Below, in pieces: positions 19,248-30,100 of a stretch of 64,000 nucleotides of DNA (the stretch's first letter is position 1; each line of letters starts with the position of its first letter). The notes beneath the pieces are model-generated. The model did no database searches, had not been told where the DNA came from, and saw only the letters and a list, made by a program, of their open reading frames with translations. Origin of the DNA: Gemmatimonadales bacterium (lineage in GTDB: Bacteria > Gemmatimonadota > Gemmatimonadetes > Gemmatimonadales > GWC2-71-9). Both the position numbers and the translations under genes were made by a program. The stretch spans positions 32,001 to 96,000 of the forward strand of contig JBBQFH010000002.1 of the NCBI GenBank assembly GCA_038321865.1, written 5' to 3'.

Positions 19248-21917
19248 CTAGCCCGCCGTCGTGGCGAAGATGTGCTGCAGGTCGCGCGCGGATCGCGCGC
19301 GGGCGCGGGCCTGCGCGGCGAGATCTCCGGCGGGTTCGAGCTGCACCACTCGGTCCCAGGCCGTGACCGCGTCAGCGAAATGGCGTTCCCGTGCAAGGGC
19401 GACGCCCCGATGGAAGAGCGCGGCAGCGTCATTCGGGTCGAACCGGAGTACCCGGTCGAACGCCTCGAGTGCGCAGCTCGTCCGGCCGTCCTCGAGCAGG
19501 ATCCGCCCGAGGAGCGTCAGGGCCGCCAATTCGTAGGGGTCCACCGAAAGTGTCCGCACCAGGACGTCGATGCCCGCGCTCGCGGATTCGGTCCGGGCGA
19601 GGAGGTCCGCCAGCGCCATGGCGGCATCGGTGAAGGTCGGGAGCAGCTGGAGCGCCCGCTCGTACGCTGCGCGCGCGGCCGCCCAGTTGGCCCGTGCCTC
19701 TTCCAGGCCGCCGAGCTCGTACCAGACCTGCACCAGCGAACCGTCGAGTTGCAGCGCCACCTGGCAGGCCTCGAGCGCAGCGTCGATGTCGCCGAGTTGG
19801 CCGGCGATCACCGCCTGGAGCTGGTACAGATCGGGCCGGCCGGGCGCCGCGCGCTGGGCCGCGCGCACTGCGGCCATGGCGGCGGCCGCGTCGCCGGTCG
19901 CGTGGAGCACGCGCGCATGGGCCAGCAGCACGTCCGCATCACCGGGTGCGCGCCGAGCAAGCGCTCCCGCGACTTCGACCGCCTCGCTCGCACGGCCAAG
20001 CGCCACCAGACTGCGTATCTCGCCCAAGGCGGGTCCCAGCTCGCCCGGCGCAGCCGCGCGCGCTTCGGCAAAGCGCTCGAGGGCTTCGCCATGCAGGCCC
20101 CGCCGGGCGAAGATGGCGCCCCAGAGCGCTGCCGCATGTGCCGGTGTCACGCCCCGGCCACGCAAGCGCTCAAGCTCGGCGGCGGCAAGCTCCAGCAGCC
20201 CCTTGGCCACGTAGTCGCGCGCCAGCGCCAGCGGGTCGGGTTCGTGCGGTTCGACCACGTCCGCCCGTGCCGGCGCCAGCTCGTCGAACAGCCGATCGAG
20301 CGCCGTCGGATCGAAGGCGAACTCGCCGGCGAGCGTCGAACCGCTGAGCTCCGCCTTCAGTGCCGGTGCCACGGCGATGGTCGGATCCTCGAACTGAAGG
20401 TCGATTGCCAGCACGTATTTCTGGGGCACGTAGTACGGCTCCAGCTCGAGCGCCTGTTTAGTGGCCCTCAGCGCCGCATCGAAGTCGCCCAGCTGGCTCA
20501 ACGTAAAGCTCAGGTTGTAGTGCGCCGCCGCCAGCGTGGGGTCCGCTTCCACCGCGCGGCCAAAGGCGTTCCTTGCATCGGAAAACCGCTTGAGCTCCAT
20601 CAGCACGAGCCCCACTCCATTCCACGCGATGGCGCTGCCGGGAACCTCCGCGAGTACACGCCGATACCCCTCCAGCGCCTGCTGGATCTCCTGCCGCTGG
20701 AAATGCAGCAGCGCCAGGTTGAGGCGGGCGGTGAGCGGCGGCCGCGTGCCCTGCGTTGCACGGCGGAAGGCCTCAAGGGCGGCGGCGTCCGCCGGATTCT
20801 GGGCCCGGAGGACGCCCAGATTGTTCCAGGCCAGCGCGTAGGCCGGGTCGAGATCGACCGAGCGCGCGTACGACGCCGCGGCCTGGTCCAGCCGGCCGAC
20901 CTGATGCAGGCAGACGCCGCGTTCGTTCCAGAGCTTCGGCGAATCACCAAACTGCTGCACCAGCGTCTCGTAGAGCTCGAGCGCCGCGGCGAGGTCATGC
21001 CGCAGCAGCTGGACCTCGGCCATCGCCTGCAAGGCGTGTCGCCGATCGTCACCGGCATCCAGCGCCAGCCGGTACTCACGCAACGCCTCGGCGTAGTAGC
21101 CCTTCTGCCGGAACGCCAGGCCGAGCGCGAAGTGCGCCAGGGCGCCGTGTCTCACGACCTTCGGCCCCTCCGCGGCGGGCTGCCGCGCCGGCTCCGGCTG
21201 ACCGAGAGCGAGGTTGGCCTGGGCGCGGGCGAGCAGCGGGTTCAGCTCGATGGCGCGCCTGGCGGAGCTTCGGGCCGCTTCCTGGTCACCGATGTCGCCG
21301 TACACGAAGGCAAGCAGGTAATGCGCGTCGGCGTATTCCGGATTGCGGGCAATTGCGGCCTGAAGCGCCGTGCGCGCAGGCTCGTTGAGGCCGCGATTGT
21401 AGAGCGCTTCGCCATAGGCGAAGAGGGCGACGGGGCTCTCGGGATCGCGTTGGCACGCCTGACGAAACCATTCGACCGCCGCGTCGATGTTGCCGCGCGC
21501 CTTCTCCGCGAGCCCGATCTGCACCAGCGCCGCCGCATCGCCCGGCTCCGCCGCCAGCAGCGCCTCGAACTCGTGCACGGCCTCGTCGTGGTGCCCCAGC
21601 GCGGCGTAGGCACGGCCCAGCTCCCAGCGCGCGTCGCGGTCGCGCGGAGAGCTCCGGAGCCGCTCCCGCAGCTCTGCCACGCGGCGGTCGTAGTGCCCGT
21701 TCTCCCGGTAGGCGAGCTCCAGGTTGGTCTGGGCCACCTGCATCTTCGGATCGAGCTCGAGCGCGCGCGCGAAACCAGCCACGGCCTCTGCGATGAGGCC
21801 CTTCTGGTAGTAGAGCACGCCGAGATTGTTGTGCGCGCCGGCGTCGGACGGATCGATCCGGGTGGCGAACGACCGGAGCGCGGCGAGATCGCGCTCGGAA
21901 AGCACGGGGGCCGGCAT
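19248..21917 (-). CDS. Large multi-TPR scaffold protein (889 aa)
   Basis: Many TPR units (AHNNLGVLYY, AWNNLGV, AHYNL, VWYELG); start re-picked at MPAPVLS. Confidence 0.88.
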   Translation of the reverse strand: MPAPVLSERDLAALRSFATRIDPSDAGAHNNLGVLYYQKGLIAEAVAGFARALELDPKMQVAQTNLELAYRENGHYDRRVAELRERLRSSPRDRDARWELGRAYAALGHHDEAVHEFEALLAAEPGDAAALVQIGLAEKARGNIDAAVEWFRQACQRDPESPVALFAYGEALYNRGLNEPARTALQAAIARNPEYADAHYLLAFVYGDIGDQEAARSSARRAIELNPLLARAQANLALGQPEPARQPAAEGPKVVRHGALAHFALGLAFRQKGYYAEALREYRLALDAGDDRRHALQAMAEVQLLRHDLAAALELYETLVQQFGDSPKLWNERGVCLHQVGRLDQAAASYARSVDLDPAYALAWNNLGVLRAQNPADAAALEAFRRATQGTRPPLTARLNLALLHFQRQEIQQALEGYRRVLAEVPGSAIAWNGVGLVLMELKRFSDARNAFGRAVEADPTLAAAHYNLSFTLSQLGDFDAALRATKQALELEPYYVPQKYVLAIDLQFEDPTIAVAPALKAELSGSTLAGEFAFDPTALDRLFDELAPARADVVEPHEPDPLALARDYVAKGLLELAAAELERLRGRGVTPAHAAALWGAIFARRGLHGEALERFAEARAAAPGELGPALGEIRSLVALGRASEAVEVAGALARRAPGDADVLLAHARVLHATGDAAAAMAAVRAAQRAAPGRPDLYQLQAVIAGQLGDIDAALEACQVALQLDGSLVQVWYELGGLEEARANWAAARAAYERALQLLPTFTDAAMALADLLARTESASAGIDVLVRTLSVDPYELAALTLLGRILLEDGRTSCALEAFDRVLRFDPNDAAALFHRGVALARERHFADAVTAWDRVVQLEPAGDLAAQARARARSARDLQHIFATTAG

Positions 21918-21921
21918 GGCC

Positions 21922-22542
21922 TTACGGCAGGCGGATCGCGTCGAAAATGGCGCGCAGCGATGGCATGTCTGGCAGCAGCAGGAAATGTCCTTCGAGCTGT
22001 TCACTGGCGCCGCCGACGTGGAAGGCCGTCTCCACGCAGAAGACGAAGTCGCGCTCGTGGCCGAAGTTCAGGTACGTCGTGGTGAGAATCGCCGCCGACT
22101 GGTCAATGACGAGACTCGGCACCGACGGAACCAGCATCATTCCCATGAAGTCGCTGAGCGCGTTCATGTACGCGCTGACCAGAATGTTGCCGACCTCCTT
22201 CAGGCCCGACTGTTCCATTTCGCCGAAGGCGGTCGTCGTGCCGCGGGCGCGCCCCAGCAGCATGTCACAGACTGCGAGCGCTGACTCTTCGGGAAACAGC
22301 ACGAGCGTGCGCCCGGTCAGGTCGCCCATCATCTGCATCAGCACCGCGGCGATCACCGCATCCGGCGGGCCCAGGAGATCGGTGACCTCCTCGAGCGGCC
22401 GGACATTGATCTCGGGCACGCTGATCATGATCTTCTGATTGGTCATCTGCGACAGCGCGGTCGCCGCGTGGCCCGCCCCGATATTGGCGACCTCGCGCAG
22501 CGCGTCCAGCTGCAGCTCCTTCAATCCGCGGGCGTCGTCCAT
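21922..22542 (-). CDS. cheC: CheY-P phosphatase CheC
   Basis: Two ExxN active-site motifs: DALREVANIGAGHAATALS and SGLKEVGNIL. Confidence 0.94.
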   Translation of the reverse strand: MDDARGLKELQLDALREVANIGAGHAATALSQMTNQKIMISVPEINVRPLEEVTDLLGPPDAVIAAVLMQMMGDLTGRTLVLFPEESALAVCDMLLGRARGTTTAFGEMEQSGLKEVGNILVSAYMNALSDFMGMMLVPSVPSLVIDQSAAILTTTYLNFGHERDFVFCVETAFHVGGASEQLEGHFLLLPDMPSLRAIFDAIRLP

Positions 22543-22555
22543 TCGCTCCTCGCTC

Positions 22556-24400
22556 CTACAACAGTGCGGCCGCGTCCAGAATGAGCGCGGGCGACCCGTC
22601 CGCCAGAATCGTCGCCCCGCCGAAGAATGACGGCATGCCAAGCGGCGCGTCGAACGGTTCCACCACGATGTCCTGCTGGCCAAGCAGCGCGTCGACCACC
22701 AGCGCCGCCCGGCGATCACCAACCTCGAGGATCACGGTGGGACGCCGAACTGGGGGCGGTCCCCCGCGCAGCGCGACCAGGTCACGAAGATGCACAGTCG
22801 GGATGGCCTGATCGCGCACCACCAGCGCCTCCCGGTCGCGTACCGCGGTGACGGCACGGCCGTCGAACTCCACCGTCTCCGCCACGTAGGCGAGCGGAAT
22901 GGCATAGCGTTCGGCGCCCACGGACGTCAGCAGCGCCCGGACAATGGCGAGCGTAAGCGGGACACGCACCACAAACGTCGTACCCTGCCCCGCCACCGAC
23001 TCGATCGCCAGCGTGCCGCCCAGCGTCCGTACCCGGGTCGCCACGACATCCACGCCGACGCCGCGGCCGGACACGCCGCTCACCTGTGTGGCGGTGCTGA
23101 ACCCCGGCCGGGCGAGGGTCTTGAGCAGGCTGTCGTCTGTCAGCGCCTCGACCGCCGCGTCGAGAATCCCTTCCTGCCGGGCCTTCGCCAGAATGGCGGC
23201 CCGATCGATGCCTCGGCCGTCATCGGAGACCCGGATGGCCACGCTATTCCGTTCCCGCGCCGCCGACAGCAGGATCCGACCCTGCGGCGGCTTGCCGGCG
23301 GCCACCCTCGTCTCCGGCGTTTCCAGCCCGTGGTCCATCGCATTCCGGATGAGGTGCAGGAGCGGATCGCCGATTTCGTCGAGAATCGCACGGTCGAGCT
23401 CGATCCCTTCGCCCTCGATTTCGAACCGCACCTGCTTCCCCAGGTCGCGGGACAGATCCCGCACCAGTCGCGGAAACCGGTCGAACACTTCTCCGACCGG
23501 CGTCATCCGGGCCTGAATGACCTCCACCTGCAGATCGGTGACCAGCCGGGCGATCCGCTCCGTGACGGTCTCCAGCTCCGGCGCCGCGCCAGTCCGCACC
23601 AGATCGACGAGGCGGTTCCGCGCCACGACCAGCTCACCGACCTGCTTCATCATGGTGTCGAGCCGGCGCAGGTCGACGCGGATCTGCCGGCCGCGCACAG
23701 TCGGCTCGGTACGCTCCGGCGCGATCTCGTCGAAGGTGATGCCGTCCACGTCACCGGCGGAGCGGATCGCGACCCTGACGTCCTCGTCCGATGCGGCGGA
23801 CTCGAGCCGGAAACTGAACTTCCCGTCGAAGTCTTCCCGTTCGAACGCTGCGGCCGCCGGCCGGAGCGCAGTCACCGTGCCCAGCTGCTCGGCCCGACGG
23901 AGCGCCAGCATCGCCCGGCCCCCTCGCATCTGCGCGCCGGCGCGGATCGCCACGCTCACCGCCCGCCCCGACGGCTGAATGAGGTGCACCGCAAATTCGG
24001 CTGTCTGCGCACTGACGAGGCCGCCGGCCGCGGCACGGTCGAGCGCGGTGATGAGGTCACCGTCCGCCGTATTCGCCGGTTGACCCGCGGCGGCTCGCTC
24101 GACGCCCCCTGCGATCTCGTCGACGGCGCCGAACAGCAGCTGGAACAGCTCCGGGGCGGCCGCGACCCGACCGGTCCGCAACGCGTCGAGCAGGTTCTCC
24201 GCGCTGTGGGCGACGCGGGCCACGCCCTCGTACCCCATGGTCGCCGCCATGCCCTTGATCGTGTGGATGGCCCGGAAGAGGCCGTCCACCGGCTCCGGAG
24301 CCGCCGGGTCACGCTCCCACTCGAGCAGACACTGATTGCACGCGGCGAGGTGCTCCCGGCTCTCAGCCAGGAAGAGCGCGGCGTACTTGGCAAGATCCAT
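22556..24400 (-). CDS. cheA: Chemotaxis histidine kinase CheA (Hpt-P2-dimerisation-HATPase-CheW)
   Basis: FRAIHTIKG, HLIRNAMDHG, DDGRGI, PGFSTA, SGRGVG, VPLTLAI. Confidence 0.97.
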   Translation of the reverse strand: MDLAKYAALFLAESREHLAACNQCLLEWERDPAAPEPVDGLFRAIHTIKGMAATMGYEGVARVAHSAENLLDALRTGRVAAAPELFQLLFGAVDEIAGGVERAAAGQPANTADGDLITALDRAAAGGLVSAQTAEFAVHLIQPSGRAVSVAIRAGAQMRGGRAMLALRRAEQLGTVTALRPAAAAFEREDFDGKFSFRLESAASDEDVRVAIRSAGDVDGITFDEIAPERTEPTVRGRQIRVDLRRLDTMMKQVGELVVARNRLVDLVRTGAAPELETVTERIARLVTDLQVEVIQARMTPVGEVFDRFPRLVRDLSRDLGKQVRFEIEGEGIELDRAILDEIGDPLLHLIRNAMDHGLETPETRVAAGKPPQGRILLSAARERNSVAIRVSDDGRGIDRAAILAKARQEGILDAAVEALTDDSLLKTLARPGFSTATQVSGVSGRGVGVDVVATRVRTLGGTLAIESVAGQGTTFVVRVPLTLAIVRALLTSVGAERYAIPLAYVAETVEFDGRAVTAVRDREALVVRDQAIPTVHLRDLVALRGGPPPVRRPTVILEVGDRRAALVVDALLGQQDIVVEPFDAPLGMPSFFGGATILADGSPALILDAAALL

Positions 24401-24404
24401 GGAG

Positions 24405-24767
24405 CTAGCCGAGGACGCGCTGAACGGCCTCGAGCACGCGGGATGGCTGGAACGGCTTGACGACGAAGTCCTTCGCACCGGCCTGAATGGCCTCGACGAC
24501 CAGGGCCTGCTGGCCCATGGCACTACACATCAGCACCTTTGCGTCGGGATCGCCTCGGCAGATTTCCCGCACCGCATCGATGCCGCCCATGTCGGGCATC
24601 ACGATATCCATGGTGTCGAGGTCGGGCTTGAGCTGGCGGTTCGTCTCGACCGCCTGCACGCCGGACTCGGCCTCGCCGACGATCTCGAATCCGGCCTGGC
24701 TCAGGATGTCGCTGATCATCGTGCGCATGAAGATGGCATCATCGCAGACGAGAACCGTATGACTCAC
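24405..24767 (-). CDS. cheY: Single-domain response regulator CheY (Bacillus/Thermotoga-like)
   Basis: GTG start with GGAGG RBS; DDAIFMR, MDIVMP, SAMGQQ, AKDFVVKPF. Confidence 0.94.
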   Translation of the reverse strand: MSHTVLVCDDAIFMRTMISDILSQAGFEIVGEAESGVQAVETNRQLKPDLDTMDIVMPDMGGIDAVREICRGDPDAKVLMCSAMGQQALVVEAIQAGAKDFVVKPFQPSRVLEAVQRVLG

Positions 24768-24822
24768 TAGCCCACCTCCGTGCGATTTCGTAGACGCGGG
24801 CCGGACGGCGCCGCGAGTGGAG

Positions 24823-25260
24823 TCAGCTGCCGAGCATCGGCGCGAGGAGCGCCTCGATGTCGAGAATGACGAAGTGTTCGTCGCCCCGGCGTCCCACCGC
24901 CAGGACGATCCGGGGATCCACGCCCGGAAGCTGATCCCGCTCCGCCACTGCCGTCGTCGGCAGTTCGACAAAATCGCTCACTTCGCCGACCAGCAGCCCG
25001 TACGTCCGTTGCCCGACGTCCATGACGATGACGGCACCCTCGTCCGCGTCGCGTCGCGTCTGACCCAGCAGCCGGTGCCCATCCACCACGGTCAGCAGTG
25101 CTCCCCGCACATTGATCAGCCCCTCCACGGCCCCGGCGACACCGGGAATGCGGGTAGCCGGGAGCGGCGGCAGGATCTCTCGCACAATCCCTGCCGGGGC
25201 GGCGCAGACCAGGTCGCCGACGCGAAACACGACGGCATGGAGGGTCGGGGAATCAGGCAT
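24823..25260 (-). CDS. cheW: CheW-like protein
   Basis: VVFRVG...IVREI...TRIPG...EGLINVRG...YGLLVGEV; overlaps the end of rluD. Confidence 0.9.
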   Translation of the reverse strand: MPDSPTLHAVVFRVGDLVCAAPAGIVREILPPLPATRIPGVAGAVEGLINVRGALLTVVDGHRLLGQTRRDADEGAVIVMDVGQRTYGLLVGEVSDFVELPTTAVAERDQLPGVDPRIVLAVGRRGDEHFVILDIEALLAPMLGS

Positions 25261-26248
25261 CTCTATTGAAGAAAAGAAGATACCGAAGGGGTTGGGATTG
25301 GGCAACGATTCCCTGGTCAGTCAGGAGCGCGAGTGCAGGCAGGAGGTCGGCTGGCCACTCGCTCTCGAACCTAAGGCGTTCTCCGCTAACAGGATGGCGA
25401 AATGCGAGGGACGCCGCGTGCAGGGCCTGGCGCGGGGTAATGCGCTCCAGTGCTTCCGCCCTGGGCCGGCCGGCGCCGGAGATGCGACGCGCGCCGCCAC
25501 CGGCGTAGACCGGATCGCCGACGATCGGGTGCCCGATGTGCTCGAGATGAACCCTGATCTGGTGCGTCCGGCCGGTGTGCAGCTCGAGACGAAGCAGCTC
25601 GGCAACCTCGAAGCGGGCGATGACGAACGCGTCGGTCCGAGCGGCCCGGCCGCCGGCCTGGACGCTCATCCGCTTGCGGTCCGCCGGATGCCGGGCCAGC
25701 GCGGCGTCGATGGTGGTCGGACTGGCATCCTGATGGCCCCATGCCAGTGCTGCATAGGTTCGCTGAACCCGGCGGGCGGCAAGCGCGGCGCCGAGTCGCC
25801 GGTGCGCCAGATCGGTCTTGGCGACGACCATGAGGCCGGAGGTATCGCGGTCGAGTCGGTGCACGATCCCGGGCCGGCCTTCGGCGCCGCCGGACAGCGT
25901 GGTGCCGCGGGCGATGAGCGCATTGACGAGAGTGTCGTCCCAGTGGCCCGGTGCCGGGTGCACGACGAGTCCGGCGGGCTTGTCGATGACGGCGAGATCA
26001 TCGTCCTCATAGACGACCACGAGATCGATGGCAGCGGGGCGCAGGGTCCGTGGCGGCTCGTCGACGGGAAACCCGACCACGACGTCGTCACCTCGCGCGA
26101 GCAGCCGCGAGGCGCGAGCGACGGTGCCGTTGACGCTCACCGTCTTGCCGGCGACGATGCGCGCGGCCTGTGTGCGAGAGAGCTGGAGCTGGTCGGCGAG
26201 GAAGCGGTCGAGGCGCTCGGTAGCCGGCACCGCCACCGAAAAGCGCAC
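25253..26248 (-). CDS. rluD: RluA/RluD-family pseudouridine synthase
   Basis: S4 domain (RLDRFLA), DKPAGLVVHP, HRLDRDTSG, TGRTHQIRVH, QALHA. Confidence 0.93.
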   Translation of the reverse strand: MRFSVAVPATERLDRFLADQLQLSRTQAARIVAGKTVSVNGTVARASRLLARGDDVVVGFPVDEPPRTLRPAAIDLVVVYEDDDLAVIDKPAGLVVHPAPGHWDDTLVNALIARGTTLSGGAEGRPGIVHRLDRDTSGLMVVAKTDLAHRRLGAALAARRVQRTYAALAWGHQDASPTTIDAALARHPADRKRMSVQAGGRAARTDAFVIARFEVAELLRLELHTGRTHQIRVHLEHIGHPIVGDPVYAGGGARRISGAGRPRAEALERITPRQALHAASLAFRHPVSGERLRFESEWPADLLPALALLTDQGIVAQSQPLRYLLFFNRDA

Positions 26249-26261
26249 CTCGCCACCGCGG

Positions 26262-26771
26262 TCAGACAGGGGCGGCCGGCTCGGGCGCGGCCCGGCGCGT
26301 GTCTTCGCGCCAGAGGGAAAGCGCGAGGGCGATCGCCCCGCAACTTACCGCGATATCGGCGACGTTGAAGGTCGGCCAGCGAAGGGTCCCGATGCCGACA
26401 TCGAGAAAGTCCACCACGCCGCGCCCGCTTCGGATCCGGTCCACCAGATTGCCCGCGGCGCCGCCCGCCACCAGGCCCAGCGCCAGCTGCCGGAACCGGT
26501 CACCAATGGGGCTCTCGCGCGACATCCGGATCAGGACGACCACGGCGACGACCGCCACCGCCAGAAACACCCATCGCGAAAACGTCCCGACGTGCAAGCC
26601 GAACGCCGCGCCGCGGTTGTAGACCAGGCGCAGCTGAAACCACTCGCCGAAGACCGGCACGGCGGAGGTGCGGAGCAGCGCCGATTCAGCCACCAGCTTG
26701 GTCACGAAATCGACGACGACCACTGACAGCGCCGCCGTCCAGAACACGCGGCGGTCAGCGGCGCTTGGCAT
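26262..26771 (-). CDS. lspA: Signal peptidase II
   Basis: DFVTK, NRGAAFG, GGAAGNLVDR, VVDF, FNVADIA. Confidence 0.96.
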   Translation of the reverse strand: MPSAADRRVFWTAALSVVVVDFVTKLVAESALLRTSAVPVFGEWFQLRLVYNRGAAFGLHVGTFSRWVFLAVAVVAVVVLIRMSRESPIGDRFRQLALGLVAGGAAGNLVDRIRSGRGVVDFLDVGIGTLRWPTFNVADIAVSCGAIALALSLWREDTRRAAPEPAAPV

Positions 26772-27138
26772 CCTCTTCCTTTTCCTTGCACGAGATGCAG
26801 AGCCGCGCGTGAGGCAGCGCGTCCAGCCGCTCGAAGTTGATCTCGGCACCACACTGGTGACAATGGCCGAACTTGTCCGGCGTGCCGTACAGGCGGCGCA
26901 GCGCTTCATTCACGTGCCAGAGATAGCGTCCCTCCTGCGAGGCGAAGAGGAACTGCTTCTCACGCTCCATCGCGTCGGTACCCTGGTCGGCCATGTGGAA
27001 CGAATACGAGGACAGGTCGCCGTCCGAGGACTGGAGGGTCGCGTTGAACGATTCGTCGTAGTATCCGAGCTCCTTCATGACGCGCGCCCGCTCTTCGAGA
27101 AGCCGCTTCTCGAGATGCGTCAGCTGTTTCTTGTTCAT
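26755..27138 (-). CDS. TraR/DksA C4 zinc-finger protein
   Basis: Coiled coil with HMADQGTD, then CHQC...ERLDALPHARLCISC. Confidence 0.9.
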   Translation of the reverse strand: MNKKQLTHLEKRLLEERARVMKELGYYDESFNATLQSSDGDLSSYSFHMADQGTDAMEREKQFLFASQEGRYLWHVNEALRRLYGTPDKFGHCHQCGAEINFERLDALPHARLCISCKEKEEDAKRR

Positions 27139-27151
27139 GCCAAATCCTGCG

Positions 27152-30100
27152 TTAGGGTGCGACCGGCGACCGGCCGTCATCGAAGCGACGTACTCCCACC
27201 ACCATCTGCACTCCGTCGAGCTCCAGCGTCTGCTCCAGATCGGGGCTCGGCGCGCGGGCGCCGAGGTGAATCTCGCGGGCCAGCACTTCGTCGCGGAGAA
27301 AGTTCTCGAATCCGCGGGCGGCGTCAAGCGCCGAGGGATCGCCGTCGACCCAGAGACCGATACGCGTGGTGAATTCGTATCCGGCCTCCTTGCGGAGCCG
27401 CTGCACCCGGCTGACCAGCTCCCGCACCAGTCCCTCCGCCCGAAGGCCGGCATCGAGGGCGGGATCGAGAGCGACGACGAAGGGACCGGCGCTCTGGACG
27501 ATCCATTCGCTGGTGACCTCGCGCTCGACCACGAGATCCTCCGGCAGGATTGTCAGCTCGTCGTCCCCCAGGCGCAGCTGCACCGGCTCGCCGCCTTCGA
27601 GTACGCGCAGCTGCGCCGGCGAAAGCCCGGCGCACGCCGCCGCGACGTCGGGTGTGCGCTTGCCGAACCGCTTCCCGAGCGAACGAAAGTTCGCCTTGCC
27701 CCGAAGCCGCACGAGGTCGGTATCCGACTGTGCGACCTCGATCGATCGCACGTTCACCTCCGAGCGGAGCAGCTCGAGCAGCTGATCGAACGCCGGACCC
27801 CGGACCGCCGCGGGCACGGCGACCTGCATTCGCGCGAGCGGCTGCCGGACCTTGAGTCTGGCCTCCTCACGTGCGGCGCGCGCGAGCGAGGCGAGGCGTC
27901 GCACCGCATCCATGGCAAGTTCCAGCGAGATCTCGCGCTCGGCGCCAGCCACGGGAAACAGCGCCAGGTGGACGGAGGTTCCCGCGATGGCCCGATGCAG
28001 CCAGTCACTCGCGAACGGTGCCGCCGGCGCCAGCAGCCGGCTGACGGTGAGCAGCGCGGTACGGAGCGTGAGGAGCGCCGCCGGGTCGGCGTCGCGGTCA
28101 GGCGCCCAGAATCGAGCCCGGTTGGTGCGAACATACCAGTTGGACAGGTCGTCCACCACGAAGTCCATCAGTGCCCGCGCCCCGGTCGTCACGTCGTACC
28201 CGTTCCAGGCGGTCACCACGGCATCGACCGTGGCCTGCAGGCGGCTCGCCACCCACCGGTCGGCCGGCGTCGCGTCCGGCGGCTCGACAGGTTCCGCGAC
28301 CCCCTCGGCGTAGCGACGGTAGAACTCGTAGGTATTTCGCAGGGTATTGAAGAAGCCGCCCGCGACCTCGGGAATGGTGCGCCGATCGAAACGCTTCGGC
28401 AGCCAGACCTGGCTCGACGCGACCAGGTAGAGGCGGATCGTGTCGGCGCCGAACTCGCTGATCGCGTCCCATGGGTTGACGACGTTGCCCCGGCTCTTCG
28501 ACATCTTGAGCCCGTCGGCATCCAGCACCAGCTCGTTCACGATGACATGCCGGTATGCCAGCGTATCGAACGCCGCCGTGCCGATGGCGAGCAGCGAGTA
28601 GAACCATCCCCGCGTCTGGTCGATCCCCTCGCAGATGTAATCAGCCGGAAAGTGCGCGGCGAACTCGTCCTCGTGTTCGAATGGATAGTGCCACTGCGCG
28701 TAGGGCATCGAGCCCGAATCGAACCAGGTGTCGATGACCTCCGGCGTCCGTCGCATCCGCCCGCCGCAGGCACAGGCCCAGTCGTAACCGTCGATGAACG
28801 GCTTGTGCGGATCGAAACCCTCCGGCAGCGCCTGCCCCCACCGCTCGGCGAGCTGGCCGTAACTCCCGACGACCTCGACGTGCGTGGCATCGCGGTCGCA
28901 TACCCACACCGGCAATGGCGTGCCCCAGTAGCGATCGCGGGACAACGCCCAGTCGACGTTGTTCTCCAGCCACGCGCCGAAGCGGCCGGGCCCGACCTCG
29001 GGCGGATGCCAGTCCACCTGCGCGTTCAGCTCCAGCATGCGCTGCTTGAGCGCCGACGTCCGCACGAACCAGGAGTCGCGGGCGTAGTAGATCAGCGGGC
29101 GCGAGCAGCGCCAGCAATGCGGGTAGCTGTGGGTATAGGGGACCGTGAGATGCCAGCGGCCATCATCCTTCAGGCGGCGGATGATGAGGTCGTTGGTCTC
29201 CCGCGCGGTGACCAGCCTGCCCTCCAGCTCGGGCCACTCGAGCCCCACGAACGTGCCGTCGCCGGCGACCGGCCGCAGCAGCGCGAGCGAATGCTCCTGG
29301 CCTGCCGCGTAGTCGTCCGCACCGAATGCCGGGGCCATGTGCACAATCCCCGAGCCGTCATCGGCGGTGACGAAGGTACCTGGGATCACCACGCGGGACA
29401 CGGCATCGACGGGCAGCGGCACGACCTCGAACGGCCGCTCGTACCGAAGCCCGACCAGCTCGCGGCCCGAAAAGGTGCGGACCGGCCCGACATCGGCGAA
29501 GGTCCCCGCGCCCTTCTGCCCGGAGCTCGGCAGCGCCGCCCGGGCGGTGGCCAGGACCAGCCGGCGCTCGCCGATCAGGTATTCGCCATACTCCAGGTCA
29601 GGGTTGATCGCGAGCGCCACATTCGACAGCAGCGTCCAGGGTGTGGTGGTCCACACCAGCAGCTCGCGTCCGGACCCGTCGGCCAGCGGGAACGTGAGGT
29701 ACACCGAATTCGTCGTAACCGTCTCATAGCCCTGAGCCAGCTCGTGGCTCGACAGAACGGTGCCGCACCGAGGGCAGTACGGAAGCACGCGATGACCCCG
29801 ATAGAGCAGGTCCCGCTCCCGCAGCCGGCGGAGCAGCCACCAGACGGACTCCACGTAGTCATTGCTGTAGGTGACGTACGGATGCTCGTAGTCGAGCCAG
29901 TAGCCGATGCGGTCGCTGAGGTTCTCCCACTCCTCCTGGTATCGGAAGACGCTCTTCCGGGCACGCGCATTGAACTCGGCGACACCAAAACGCTCGATGT
30001 CCCGCTTCCCGCCGACGAGCTTCAACTCCTTCTCGACTTCGATTTCGACGGGCAGGCCGTGCGTATCCCACCCGGCGATGCGGGTCACCGACCGGCCCTG

